Positions 1 through 11,611 of a DNA stretch of 64,000 nucleotides are shown here, piece after piece; position 1 is the first letter of the stretch, and each line of letters begins with the position of its first letter. A model generated the notes under the pieces. The model was not told the origin of the DNA. It worked only from the letters and a program-made list of their open reading frames with translations, and did not search any database. The DNA is from Smithellaceae bacterium (GTDB taxonomy: Bacteria; Desulfobacterota; Syntrophia; Syntrophales; Smithellaceae): positions 3,415,961 to 3,479,960 of the forward strand of contig CAXXVL010000002.1 in the NCBI GenBank assembly GCA_963667845.2, read 5' to 3'. The position numbers were made by a program, and so were the translations under genes.

Positions 1-1709
1 TCACGGAAGACGTTGAACACTTCGCCGGCCAGTTCGTGTTTGACGCCAACGATAACGTCATTAAAAAACTGGACGAAGTCGGAGCATTGATGGGGCACGT
101 GCCCATGCAGCATTCCTACCCACACTGCTGGCGCTGCAAGAAGCCGATCATTTTCCGCTCGACCGAACAGTGGTTCATCTCGATGGAGAAGAACGACCTT
201 CGCAAAAAAGCGCTCGCCGCTATCAACGAAGTACAGTGGATTCCCGCGTGGGGACGCGACCGCATTTACGGCATGGTGGAAAACCGACCGGACTGGTGTA
301 TTTCCCGGCAGCGTCTGTGGGGCGTGCCGATCACGATATTCTACTGCGCAAAATGCAAAAATGAAGTTCTGACCAGGGAAATCCTCGATCACCTGGTGGC
401 CTTAGTGGAAAAAGACGGCGCGGATGTGTGGTTTGAAAAAGAACCCAAATATCTGATGCCCAAACACACGACCTGTCCGCACTGTCACGCAACCGAATTT
501 ACCAAAGAGGTCAATATTCTGGATGTGTGGTTTGACTCCGGCGTGAGCCATGCGGCGGTATTGGAAAAACGACCTGATTTGCAGTCGCCTTGCGATATGT
601 ATCTGGAGGGAAACGATCAGCACCGGGGCTGGTTTCATTCATCACTGCTGGAATGCGTGGGAACCCGGGGACGTGCCCCCTACAAAAGTGTTCTGACGCA
701 CGGCATGGTTGTTGACGGCGAAGGCAAGAAGATGTCCAAGTCCGTCGGTAACGTGATCGGCGCTGAAGAAGGCATTGCCAAATACGGCGCAGAAATTCTC
801 AGACTCTGGGTGGCGGCGGAAGACTATACCGATGACATCCGCATTTCCGAAGAAATTCTCAAACGCCTGATGGAAGCGTATCGCCGCATCCGCAATACCA
901 GCCGATTCATTCTGGGTAATCTGTATGATTTTAAACCGGACGCGGACAGCCTGCCTTATGAACAAATGCTGGAAATGGACCGGTGGGCGCTTAATCGTCT
1001 GCAGGAAGTTATCAAACGGGTTACCGAAGCCTATGAACGCCATCAGTTTCACATGGCCTTCTATACGCTGTATAACTATTGCACGGTCGATTTGAGCGCG
1101 CTCTATTTGGATGTTTTAAAAGACCGGCTCTACACGAGCAAAGCCGCCTCCCCGGCGCGCCGATCCGGACAGACGGCGATGTTCACCATCCTCAACGCCA
1201 TGACCCGACTGCTCGCACCGATCCTGACCTTCACATCCGAAGAAGTATGGGCGGCGCTGCCCTCCTGGACGGGCAAAGAGGAAAGTGTTCATCTGACGCA
1301 GTTTCCGCAGGTCAACAAAGCGTATGTAAACGTGGACCTTGGTGAACGCTGGAAGGTTATGATTGACGCCAAGGCGGAAATCGCCAAGGCCGTGGAACAG
1401 GCCCGCAAGGATAAAGTGATCGGCCATTCGCTGGATGCGCGCATCAGCATTGCCGCGCCGGAAAAGATGCGGACTTTGTTTGAAACGCATCGGGAAGATC
1501 TGCGCGCACTTCTAATCGTCTCGCAGCTTCAGCTGGTCGATGAAAAAGACATCGCCAGTCCGTACCAAAGCGAAGAAATCAAAGGCCTGTCCGTTGGTGT
1601 GGAAAAGGCGCACGGCGCCAAATGTGAACGCTGCTGGATTTATGAAGAGTCGGTCGGCTCCGATCCCCAGCATCCGACCGTCTGCGGCCGCTGTCTATCG
1701 AATCTTTAA
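1..1709 (+). CDS. ileS: Isoleucyl-tRNA synthetase (5'-truncated by window edge)
   Basis: HSYPHCWRC, DWCISRQR, KMSKS motif, C-terminal CERCW...CGRC zinc finger; followed by lspA. Confidence 0.97.
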   Translation, partial: TEDVEHFAGQFVFDANDNVIKKLDEVGALMGHVPMQHSYPHCWRCKKPIIFRSTEQWFISMEKNDLRKKALAAINEVQWIPAWGRDRIYGMVENRPDWCISRQRLWGVPITIFYCAKCKNEVLTREILDHLVALVEKDGADVWFEKEPKYLMPKHTTCPHCHATEFTKEVNILDVWFDSGVSHAAVLEKRPDLQSPCDMYLEGNDQHRGWFHSSLLECVGTRGRAPYKSVLTHGMVVDGEGKKMSKSVGNVIGAEEGIAKYGAEILRLWVAAEDYTDDIRISEEILKRLMEAYRRIRNTSRFILGNLYDFKPDADSLPYEQMLEMDRWALNRLQEVIKRVTEAYERHQFHMAFYTLYNYCTVDLSALYLDVLKDRLYTSKAASPARRSGQTAMFTILNAMTRLLAPILTFTSEEVWAALPSWTGKEESVHLTQFPQVNKAYVNVDLGERWKVMIDAKAEIAKAVEQARKDKVIGHSLDARISIAAPEKMRTLFETHREDLRALLIVSQLQLVDEKDIASPYQSEEIKGLSVGVEKAHGAKCERCWIYEESVGSDPQHPTVCGRCLSNL

Positions 1710-1714
1710 ACGGG

Positions 1715-1756
1715 TTCAAGGCTCAAGGTGCAAGGGACAAGGGACAAGGGACAAGG
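1715..1756 (+). repeat. Six tandem NNCAAGG heptamers between ileS and lspA
   Basis: TTCAAGG CTCAAGG TGCAAGG GACAAGG GACAAGG GACAAGG; last unit runs into the AAGGAG RBS. Confidence 0.85.
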
Positions 1757-1764
1757 AGAATTTT

Positions 1765-2262
1765 TTGAAAAAGAATCTTTTGATATTCGTTCTGGGCGCA
1801 GTGGTTGTGATTGTGCTGGATCAACTCACAAAATCGGTTATCACGGCACACTTTGCGCTTCATGAAGTGTTTCCGGTGATTCCCGGTTTCTTTAATCTGG
1901 TATATGTCCTGAACCCCGGCGCGGCATTCGGTTTTCTGGCTAATGCCTCCGAAACCTTCCGTTATGTCTTCTTCACCGGGGTGACGGTTCTGGCGGCGGG
2001 TTTGATTATTTTTTATCTTGTCAAAAGCCACCCGCGAAACCTGATTCTGGCGGGCTCTCTCACTTTGATTTTCGGCGGGGCGGTCGGCAACTTAATCGAC
2101 CGGCTGCGCGTAGGCGCCGTCGTGGATTTTCTGGATGTCTTCGTCGGCTCTTTGCACTGGCCGGCTTTCAACGTGGCGGATTCCGCCATCACCGTGGGCG
2201 CGATACTGATGATCTGGGAAATGATCCTGAACAGGAAAGAAAAACAAGCCGGGGTAAAATAA
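1765..2262 (+). CDS. lspA: Lipoprotein signal peptidase II
   Basis: DQLTK, NPGAAFG, GNLIDR, VVDF, WPAFNVADSAI motifs; TTG start at 1765 after AGGAG. Confidence 0.95.
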   Translation: MKKNLLIFVLGAVVVIVLDQLTKSVITAHFALHEVFPVIPGFFNLVYVLNPGAAFGFLANASETFRYVFFTGVTVLAAGLIIFYLVKSHPRNLILAGSLTLIFGGAVGNLIDRLRVGAVVDFLDVFVGSLHWPAFNVADSAITVGAILMIWEMILNRKEKQAGVK

Positions 2263-2266
2263 GCGC

Positions 2267-3097
2267 TTACGCCTTTTGATCCTTAACGTTGTCTTTTTCG
2301 TTTACGTCAATTCCAGCTGCAACCGCCAGTATGTCCTTAAGCGAAATATCCGGATGGTGATAGCGTTTCTTCGTCCGGGTCCCTTTTCCGTATTGAATCG
2401 CTTCTTCCGGGCACCACTGAATACACGCAAAACATTGTTCGCACCGATGCAGCCAAACGGGTTTGCCTTCCTCCAACCGGATATTTGCGGCGGGACATAT
2501 TTTTGCACAAATTCCGCACGACGAGCATTTTTCATCGGCAAAAAAAGACTTATCCATCCGCGGAACATGCGGCAGAGATTTTTTATAAATCATCGACAAG
2601 ATCAAATTCTGCAAAAAGGGACCCGCCTCCGGCCGGAGGCTCACCCTGTCGCGGACAGCCTCTGCGATCCGCTCAATCTTCGCGAGAGCAACGGCCATCT
2701 TTTTCTGCTGTTTGTCCTGTGCGATGGCTCCGCCCCAGGGAATATAATTACTGGGAAGATCAATGGAAAAGCCGGACGACAGATGAAGGTTTTTCGCGTT
2801 CAGGATCTTTTGCAGCTGAAGAAGTGTTGCTGCGACCTGACCGGCATTAACGGCCACGCCAAAAATATACTGCGCCGAAGCAGCTTCCAGATTTTGAAGA
2901 AATTCGATGACGGGCGACGGCACGCCCCAGATATGTACCGGAAAAACCAGACCGATGGCTTCTGAGTCGCAATGAAATACCTTGTTCCGGTATCGGCTGA
3001 GAGCAATCAACTCCGCCCGGTCAAGAAAACCGGCAATTTTTTCGGCCGTCCAGAGGGAATTTCCCGTTCCCGTATAAAAAAATAGAGTTGTTTTCAT
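2267..3097 (-). CDS. Flavodoxin-like plus 2x[4Fe-4S] ferredoxin protein (EFR1 family)
   Basis: N-terminal YTGTGNS; CSSCGICAKICP and CEQCFACIQWCP. Confidence 0.85.
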   Translation of the reverse strand: MKTTLFFYTGTGNSLWTAEKIAGFLDRAELIALSRYRNKVFHCDSEAIGLVFPVHIWGVPSPVIEFLQNLEAASAQYIFGVAVNAGQVAATLLQLQKILNAKNLHLSSGFSIDLPSNYIPWGGAIAQDKQQKKMAVALAKIERIAEAVRDRVSLRPEAGPFLQNLILSMIYKKSLPHVPRMDKSFFADEKCSSCGICAKICPAANIRLEEGKPVWLHRCEQCFACIQWCPEEAIQYGKGTRTKKRYHHPDISLKDILAVAAGIDVNEKDNVKDQKA

Positions 3098-3543
3098 CAG
3101 GGAGATGATTTGAGCACCCGGTCATAGACCGCCTCGGAAAACCCATACACCTGATTCCGGTTAATGATGGCAAACGGTACGTCGGTGCCGTTGTCTATTG
3201 CTTTTCTTTTAACAGCGGCCGTCTGGTCATTATCCATATTATATTCCGTGAAGGTCAGATTACGGGCAGTAAGGAAGTCTCTGGCCTTGTCGCAGTCCGG
3301 GCAATCATTCTTCGTATACAGGGTGATGACCATTTTCGTTTCCGTCTTCGCCTGCGGATCTGCCTGACCGGCAGGAGCATTTTTTTCATGGAGCTTGACA
3401 TTGCGACTTTTCAGGTTGGCCGGCGGCGGATAATCGGTAATATGCGACACGCCGGATTCATCTTCCCAAGTGTAAAAATCAGCATAGACCATCGCGGTAA
3501 ACGCGATCACGAATGCCAATGCAAACAACCAATACCTTTTCAT
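3097..3543 (-). CDS. Exported DUF4124-like plus glutaredoxin-domain protein
   Basis: Signal peptide, YTWEDESGVSHITDYPP, then LYTKNDCPDCDKAR and VP motif. Confidence 0.8.
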   Translation of the reverse strand: MKRYWLFALAFVIAFTAMVYADFYTWEDESGVSHITDYPPPANLKSRNVKLHEKNAPAGQADPQAKTETKMVITLYTKNDCPDCDKARDFLTARNLTFTEYNMDNDQTAAVKRKAIDNGTDVPFAIINRNQVYGFSEAVYDRVLKSSP

Positions 3544-3557
3544 AAAATCTCCAATTC

Positions 3558-5687
3558 TTATCGCCGCAACCGAATATCGGGCAATTTAAGATCAAACTCC
3601 TGCCAGGTTTCCCTTCTGCCGTCTTGATAATAGATGAACGGATGAAGGTTAATCCCTACCGTCTTCACCTTAGACGGAACATTCTTGAAAATCAACTCCA
3701 TGGTGACGGAGCTCTGCGGCGGGATTTCGACCCCGCGGCCCCGGCTGTCTATTTCCATCATCAATTTTTTTTGAGCCCCCTGCCAGACATAAGCGTGAGC
3801 CGGATCACAGGAATTGGCCGATTCCGCACGAACCTTGGAACGGGGCCAGGACTTGGGAAAGCTCTCATCGTAGAAGGCAACCTTGCGGATCGCCGGATCG
3901 GTATTGATGACTTCGACGAGTATCCGAAGACCATCCTGCGTAACACCGGCGCTGCGCAGTTCAAACAGGCACCCGAGAGCGTCTTTTACCGCCAACGGCC
4001 GGTAGGTTCGCTTGAAGGCCGGAACGGGTTTGGGTTTAGCCGTCGGCTGCGGAATCGGGGCTGTTGCTCTGGGCTCGGGCGCCGTCGGGACCACCGCGGG
4101 GACGACCACCGGCTCATCGTAGGTCTTTGCCAGGGGCCGGTCATCCGTCTTGACCGCTTCGTCGGCGACAGGCTGCTCCTCCAGAACGGTCCGCACGCGA
4201 AACGCCATTTTAACCCGGACACTGTCCCCTTCGTTAACAAAAGATATGAGGCGGATCGCTGTAATTCTGGCTTCCGTTATGGACTGCCGGGCCATCTCCG
4301 ATGATACCTGAAAATTCGTTACTTCGGTCGCCGAGCTTGAATGCTGGGTCTTGGCATCGTTCTTTACTTCGACGAGCTTATCGAGAATGACTTCCGCTGA
4401 TGCTTCAGCCGGCGTCTGAGAACCCTTCGTGGCGGCCAGTGCTGTTTTGATAATGATGGATTCATGAATGCGTTTTTTCTCATGGAGAGCGGCCTGCGCC
4501 TGCTGGAACCATCTTTCGGCCTGATCTTTCTTCTCCCGGACCGCCGTGACATCGAGGCTGAGTTTGTAATAACTTTCTTCCCGCCGTTTCTGCTGGACTT
4601 TCTGCGTTTCTCTTTCCGTTTTCGCCTGGCTGATTTTGCTTTGCAGATTCAGAATGCGATCCTGGAACGTCTTCACCTGCTCGTTCAAACTCTCTTCCGC
4701 AGCAGCGTTGCCCTGGACCGTATTGGCAATGATTTTGTTCGCGCGGTCCAGGTCATAATTGCCCGCCGCATATTGATTGCCCGTCAGAAACGCCTCCAGG
4801 TCTTTACGGGATTGAATCACGGCGGCCCGATACCCGGTCCCGGTCCCTGTTTTTACCTTGCCGGCTTTGTTTTCCTGAAAAGGATACAACTCATACCGCT
4901 TCAGTCTCAAATAGGATGTGCCCTTGACATTTTTATCCAGTTCAATCCGGATGGGCTCTTCATTATTCCATTTGGCGGTCCCTTCTTCCGTGGCACGAAT
5001 AAAGTCGATCGTTGCCACGTTATTGATTGCCCGGGTAAAGGACTGAATGTACGTCCCCATGTGAGCGGCAATGAGGGGCGCCGAGGCGACATCCGCTTTT
5101 GCCTCCAGAGCATGAGCGCTGTCGCGGAAGCCGCGCGTGTAAATCACGGCAACCAGGATTTCTCCCTGTTTCTCCGTCTGCAGCCAGCGCTTGAGGGAAT
5201 CCTGCTGCGCTTTGATGTCCTGTTCGTAACGGGCAATCTGGCCGTCCAGGTTTTCAATGGTCGAACGAATGGTTTTGATGCCTTTGGCGGATTCATCCAG
5301 ATCCGTAGACACCATCTGAAACTGCGACGTGGCATCGTCACGCCTTTTCTTGGAGCGGACAAATTCCCTGTTGGCGCCGATGATGGCGTTTTTGTAATCG
5401 GAATCTTCCCTTTCCTTTTCATCTTCGACGGATTTGAGGTTGGTCCTCTCTTCCTGCTTCGTGGAAAACGACTCGCGGCTGTCCACTTCCGAGCGGATAA
5501 TTTCTCTCACCGTGTCGCGGGAATCCGTGGAAAGTGTAACCCATCTTAAAGCTGATTGCTGCTGCGCTTGCTTGGGTGACGGTGACGGTGGCGGCTGCGT
5601 CTGGCTTTTTGCCGCCCCGGAGGCGGCGCCGGCAAACGCAAACAGAAATACTAAAATAAATGGCAAGTGGATTTTGTATTTCGGCAT
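3558..5687 (-). CDS. Exported coiled-coil hypothetical protein
   Basis: 709-aa ORF, signal peptide, long Q/E/K helical stretches, Pro-rich linker, beta-rich C-terminal domain. Confidence 0.7.
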   Translation of the reverse strand: MPKYKIHLPFILVFLFAFAGAASGAAKSQTQPPPSPSPKQAQQQSALRWVTLSTDSRDTVREIIRSEVDSRESFSTKQEERTNLKSVEDEKEREDSDYKNAIIGANREFVRSKKRRDDATSQFQMVSTDLDESAKGIKTIRSTIENLDGQIARYEQDIKAQQDSLKRWLQTEKQGEILVAVIYTRGFRDSAHALEAKADVASAPLIAAHMGTYIQSFTRAINNVATIDFIRATEEGTAKWNNEEPIRIELDKNVKGTSYLRLKRYELYPFQENKAGKVKTGTGTGYRAAVIQSRKDLEAFLTGNQYAAGNYDLDRANKIIANTVQGNAAAEESLNEQVKTFQDRILNLQSKISQAKTERETQKVQQKRREESYYKLSLDVTAVREKKDQAERWFQQAQAALHEKKRIHESIIIKTALAATKGSQTPAEASAEVILDKLVEVKNDAKTQHSSSATEVTNFQVSSEMARQSITEARITAIRLISFVNEGDSVRVKMAFRVRTVLEEQPVADEAVKTDDRPLAKTYDEPVVVPAVVPTAPEPRATAPIPQPTAKPKPVPAFKRTYRPLAVKDALGCLFELRSAGVTQDGLRILVEVINTDPAIRKVAFYDESFPKSWPRSKVRAESANSCDPAHAYVWQGAQKKLMMEIDSRGRGVEIPPQSSVTMELIFKNVPSKVKTVGINLHPFIYYQDGRRETWQEFDLKLPDIRLRR

Positions 5688-5950
5688 AAGAAGATCCTGT
5701 ATTTATTTCTGATGTCAGATCTGAACCGAATTTAAACTAGCTTAAAAACCCCATAGATGTCAAATTGTTTTGTTTCAGCGGTGGCTGGGGACGGTTGATC
5801 CCGAGCCACCGTGTGGATTAATTATCAGTTAAGCCGTTGATTCCTGCGATAAATGAATTATTTTATAAAAAAGTGTTCTTTAAAGACGGTGCCCTGCCGG
5901 CTTCAGTCAACTTGAGCGGCCGGCCGTGGCCCGAAAAAAGTTGAAAAAGA

Positions 5951-6054
5951 AATCAACCACCTCGCAGCAAGCTGTCGGGAGCCATGAAATGAACGTCATT
6001 ATTTCGCAGCAGGCTACGCAGAATTAACGCTCGTCCCGCCAAAGCGGGATTAAA
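5951..6054 (+). repeat. ~105-bp dispersed structured repeat, copy 1
   Basis: Shares TCAAC..CCTCGCAGYAAGCT, ATGAAATGAACGTCA, GAATTAACGCTCGTCCC...GATTAA with copies at 38678 and 39893. Confidence 0.9.
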
Positions 6055-6077
6055 GGGTGAGAAAGAAGAACTGGAAA

Positions 6078-7220
6078 ATGATATTCGGACGTTCCGTCAG
6101 TCTTTTCAAAATACTGGGCTTTGAAGTAAAGGTCGATCTAAGCTGGCTTATCCTTGCCGCCCTTATCACCTGGTCACTGGCCAGCGGTTTATTTCCCGAA
6201 TTTTACAAAAACCTCCCGCAGGCTTCCTACTGGTGGATGGGTGCAGCCGGAACCGTGGGATTGTTTGCATCCATCGTTTTTCATGAACTGGCGCATTCTC
6301 TTATCGCCAGGCATCACGGCATCACCATGAAGGGCATTACGCTGTTTATTTTCGGCGGCGTGGCCGAAATGGAAAACGACCCGCCGTCTCCCACGGCTGA
6401 GTTCCGAATGGCTATTGTCGGGCCATTATCCAGCGCACTGGCCGGGGCGATTTTCTTTTTAGCCTTCATGGGGGCACGTCATTGGGGCTGGCCCGTGGAA
6501 GTATACGGCGTCGGGGCTTATCTGGCCTGGCTGAATCTCGTGCTCGCCGTCTTCAATCTGGTGCCGGCATTTCCTCTCGACGGCGGCAGAATCCTGCGTT
6601 CCCTGCTGTGGCGCTGGAAAAAGGATTTACGCTGGGCGACCTCTGTGTCCTCAAAAGTCGGTTCCGGTTTTGGAATCATCCTCATCGTCCTGGGTATTAT
6701 TTCCCTGTTCATGGGTAATTTTGTGGGCGGGTTGTGGTGGCTCATGCTCGGCTTCTTTGTCCGAATCGCCGCGCAGAGCGCCTATCAACAGATGCTGGCC
6801 CGGACCGTTTTTCAGAATGTAAAAGTGAGCGACGTCATGGTGAAGGACCCGGTCATCGTTCCCCGGGCAACGACCCTGGAGCAATTTATTCACGATTACG
6901 TCTACCAGCACCACTATCAGATGTATCCCGTCGTTTCTTTCGGCCGGCTGAACGGCTGCATATCCGTCAACGCGGCGGCGCGGGTTCCCCGGGACGAGTG
7001 GTCCAATCAGACGGTCGGTTCGATCACGATGCCCTGCGACCGGGAAACAACGATTCATCCTGATGAAAGCGCCGCACAGGCTCTGGCCGTCATGAACCGA
7101 ACGCGGCACTCCCTTCTGCTGGTCGTGGAAGGAGATCAGCTGGTCGGTGTGATTACGCTGCAGGACATGCTGAGGCTGCTTTCTCTCAAGGTCGAGTTGA
7201 ACGATTTTGAAAAGAAGTAA
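6078..7220 (+). CDS. Site-2 protease (M50) with tandem CBS domains
   Basis: HELAH zinc motif, NLVPAFPLDGG, C-terminal CBS pair; start could be GTG 6057. Confidence 0.92.
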   Translation: MIFGRSVSLFKILGFEVKVDLSWLILAALITWSLASGLFPEFYKNLPQASYWWMGAAGTVGLFASIVFHELAHSLIARHHGITMKGITLFIFGGVAEMENDPPSPTAEFRMAIVGPLSSALAGAIFFLAFMGARHWGWPVEVYGVGAYLAWLNLVLAVFNLVPAFPLDGGRILRSLLWRWKKDLRWATSVSSKVGSGFGIILIVLGIISLFMGNFVGGLWWLMLGFFVRIAAQSAYQQMLARTVFQNVKVSDVMVKDPVIVPRATTLEQFIHDYVYQHHYQMYPVVSFGRLNGCISVNAAARVPRDEWSNQTVGSITMPCDRETTIHPDESAAQALAVMNRTRHSLLLVVEGDQLVGVITLQDMLRLLSLKVELNDFEKK

Positions 7221-7237
7221 GAGATCATTTGGCCTAA

Positions 7238-8854
<1,617 letters not shown>

Positions 8855-8915
8855 ACTACAGACCGGAAGGCTCTTAGGCTATAGGCTGTAGGTTAAGAGG
8901 AAGAAGTCTAATCAT

Positions 8916-10418
8916 ATGATCAAGACGGATGTCATCATTATCGGCGGAGGAGCGACCGGCTGCGGCATTGCGCGCGACCTGGCGCTCCGGGGCATCCCCC
9001 ACTGCCTGATTGAAAAAGGCGATTACGCCGCCGGGGCCACCGGCGCGTGCCACGGTCTTCTGCACAGCGGCGGCCGGTATGCGGTTTCCGATCCCATTGC
9101 CGCCAAAGAATGTTATGATGAAAATATAATTCTGCGCCGTATCGGCGAAAAATGCGTCGAGCCGACCGGCGGACTATTCGTGCGCCTGCCCGGCGATTCC
9201 AAAATATTCCGGGAGCGGTTTTTAAGAGGCTGCGAAGATGTCGGCATTCCCACGGAAGTCATCTCCTCCACCAAAGCTCTCGAGCTGGTGCCCAACCTTA
9301 ATCCGGATCTGGAAGAAGCGGTCAAGGTCCCCGACTGCTCGATCGATCCTTTTCGATTATGCATGCTCAATATGAAAACCTCGGAACTGAAAGGCGGCCT
9401 GAGTTTCACCCGCCATCGTGTCACCGAAATTGTCCAATCCCACGGCCGCTGTATCGGTGTCAAAGCCATCGACACGGCCACCGGCGAAGTGAAAGAAATT
9501 CACGGCAATATCATTGTCAATGCCTCCGGCGCCTGGACCAATCTTGTCGCGAAGCTGGCCGGCTGCGAAGTCCCTCTGACCCTGTCGAAAGGCTCGCTCG
9601 TCATCACCAACCACCGCCTCACGGACATGGTCATCAACCGTCTGCGGCCCTCTTCCGACGGCGACATCATAGTCCCCAACGAGGCCGTGTGTCTGGCCGG
9701 AACCACATCGCTCGCAGTGGAAGACCCGGATAAAATAGCCATTCAATCCACCGAGGTGGACACCATCATCGGCGAAGCGGGCCGCATGATTCCTCAGTTC
9801 AACACGACGCGCATCATCCGGGCTTTTTCCGGCGTCCGCCCCCTGCTCAAATCGCAGAAGCTGGACAGCCGGGCAATATCGCGCGGCTTTCAGATCATTG
9901 ACCATCAAAACGGGATGTACAGCATTGTCGGCGGGAAACTCACGACCTTCCGGCTGATGGCGGAAAAGATGGTGGATACCGTCATGAACGCCTTCAATCT
10001 GAAAAGAGACTGCGAAACGGCCGAGCGCCCGCTGGACGGACAGGAAGAACTGAGCGGCTATCCTCTTTCGAAACGTCTGGGCGATATGAAAGACATCATC
10101 TGCGAATGCGAACTTGTCAGCCGCAAAGACGTGGAACGAACCATCGAGCAGACGGGAACCCGGCATGTCGGCGATATTCAACACCGCACACGCCTGGGCA
10201 TGGGCCCCTGCCAGGGCGGGTTCTGCACGTTTCGCGCCCTGGGGATCATGCATGACATGAACCTCATAACGCCGGAGCAATCCGTCTCATCGCTCCGGGA
10301 ATTCCTGCAGCGGCGGTTCCGCGGCATCCGCTATGCCCTCTGGGGTGATCAGCTTCGGGAAGAGCAATTGGTTGAATACATCTACCTGGGCATCCTGGCG
10401 ATGGAGAAAAACAAGTGA
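8916..10418 (+). CDS. glpA: Anaerobic glycerol-3-phosphate dehydrogenase subunit A
   Basis: GGGATG FAD motif, HGLLHSGGRY, GGKLTTFRLMAE, BFD-like CECE...GMGPCQGGFC. Confidence 0.93.
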   Translation: MIKTDVIIIGGGATGCGIARDLALRGIPHCLIEKGDYAAGATGACHGLLHSGGRYAVSDPIAAKECYDENIILRRIGEKCVEPTGGLFVRLPGDSKIFRERFLRGCEDVGIPTEVISSTKALELVPNLNPDLEEAVKVPDCSIDPFRLCMLNMKTSELKGGLSFTRHRVTEIVQSHGRCIGVKAIDTATGEVKEIHGNIIVNASGAWTNLVAKLAGCEVPLTLSKGSLVITNHRLTDMVINRLRPSSDGDIIVPNEAVCLAGTTSLAVEDPDKIAIQSTEVDTIIGEAGRMIPQFNTTRIIRAFSGVRPLLKSQKLDSRAISRGFQIIDHQNGMYSIVGGKLTTFRLMAEKMVDTVMNAFNLKRDCETAERPLDGQEELSGYPLSKRLGDMKDIICECELVSRKDVERTIEQTGTRHVGDIQHRTRLGMGPCQGGFCTFRALGIMHDMNLITPEQSVSSLREFLQRRFRGIRYALWGDQLREEQLVEYIYLGILAMEKNK

Positions 10419-11611
10419 GCGTTATTGAATATGATGTCATTGTCATCGGCGCGGGCGCGGCGGGTCTGACGGCGGGTGCCGTCTTGGCGGCACGCGGTCT
10501 GAAAGTCGCGCTCGTCACTGCCGGAGAACCTACCGCCTGTCTATCCACCGGCTGCATTGATGTCTGCTCCCGGACCGATAACCCCCTCGCGGGCGTGGCA
10601 GGTCTGCCTGCCGGGCATCCGTTTCATCTGATCGCGGAGGCCACCATTCGCCTTGCGCTTGCCGACTTTCAGCAAATCATGGCCGATATGAACATGCCTT
10701 ATGCGGGCGACCCGGAAAAAAACCGGCTGGTTCTCTCCGCCATCGGAACATTCAAAACCACGTGTCTGGTCCCCGCGACCATGCAGGCGTCGCCGCAAAG
10801 TACGGATGAAAAAATCCATATTATTACATTTGCCGGGCTGAAGGATTTTTACCCGGGCTACATCATCTCGCGGCTCCCCAATGCCTCCTTTTCAACTTAT
10901 GACGCCGGCGTTTCCACCACCATGGGCATCGCCGCCAATTTCGAAGACGATGCCTTTCTGGAAGCGTTCGTTCTGTGGCTGGAAAAACAGAACATCCGCG
11001 AGAACAAGATCGCCTTCCCCGCGGTTCTGGGTCTGGAATCGGCGGCAGCCATTGTGAAAAAAATCGAATTGCGCCTCGAGCGCCCCGTCTTTGAAATCCC
11101 CACGATTCCGCCGTCCATGCCGGGCCGACGGCTGTTCAACGGATTGAAAAATCACTTTAGGCGCCAGGGCGGAGTCATTTACTGGGGTTGGCCGGTTGTC
11201 GGCATAGAAAAATCCGGCGGCCAGATTGAAGCCGTCAGGGCCGAATCCAAGGGGAGGCCCGTAAGCCTCAACGCCAGGGCATTCATCCTGGCCACGGGAT
11301 CTTTTGTCGGCGGAGGACTCACCGCAAAACGCGACGGGATTATCGAAAAGGTTTTTAACCTGCCCGTATCTGCACCGGCGAATCCCGACGACTGGTTTGA
11401 TCAGGATTATTTTTCCATGAACCACGGCATCGGCCGGGCGGGCATTGCGGTAGACGTTTCCTTCCGGCCCGTGGATTGCCCCTGGAACAACGTTTTTGCC
11501 TGCGGGGCCATCCTGGCCGATACGGACGTATTGAAATACGGCTGCGGACACGGCCTGGCGATAGCCACAGGTCAAGCGGCGGCCCAGGCGTGCCTGGAGT
11601 ATCTGCGATGA
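10415..11611 (+). CDS. glpB: Anaerobic glycerol-3-phosphate dehydrogenase subunit B
   Basis: GAGAAG, EIPTIPPSMPGRRL, LATGSF, GCGHGLAIATG; overlaps glpA stop. Confidence 0.92.
   Translation: MSVIEYDVIVIGAGAAGLTAGAVLAARGLKVALVTAGEPTACLSTGCIDVCSRTDNPLAGVAGLPAGHPFHLIAEATIRLALADFQQIMADMNMPYAGDPEKNRLVLSAIGTFKTTCLVPATMQASPQSTDEKIHIITFAGLKDFYPGYIISRLPNASFSTYDAGVSTTMGIAANFEDDAFLEAFVLWLEKQNIRENKIAFPAVLGLESAAAIVKKIELRLERPVFEIPTIPPSMPGRRLFNGLKNHFRRQGGVIYWGWPVVGIEKSGGQIEAVRAESKGRPVSLNARAFILATGSFVGGGLTAKRDGIIEKVFNLPVSAPANPDDWFDQDYFSMNHGIGRAGIAVDVSFRPVDCPWNNVFACGAILADTDVLKYGCGHGLAIATGQAAAQACLEYLR

Noticed and set aside
1540..1764. N-terminal extension of lspA in the ORF track
   Set aside because: Overlaps ileS; TTG 1765 has a proper RBS.
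4464..5549. 361-aa plus-strand ORF
   Set aside because: Antisense shadow of the 709-aa gene; no motifs.
5779..5811. CGGTGGCT...AGCCACCG hairpin
   Set aside because: Single copy, no U-tract, no assignable role.
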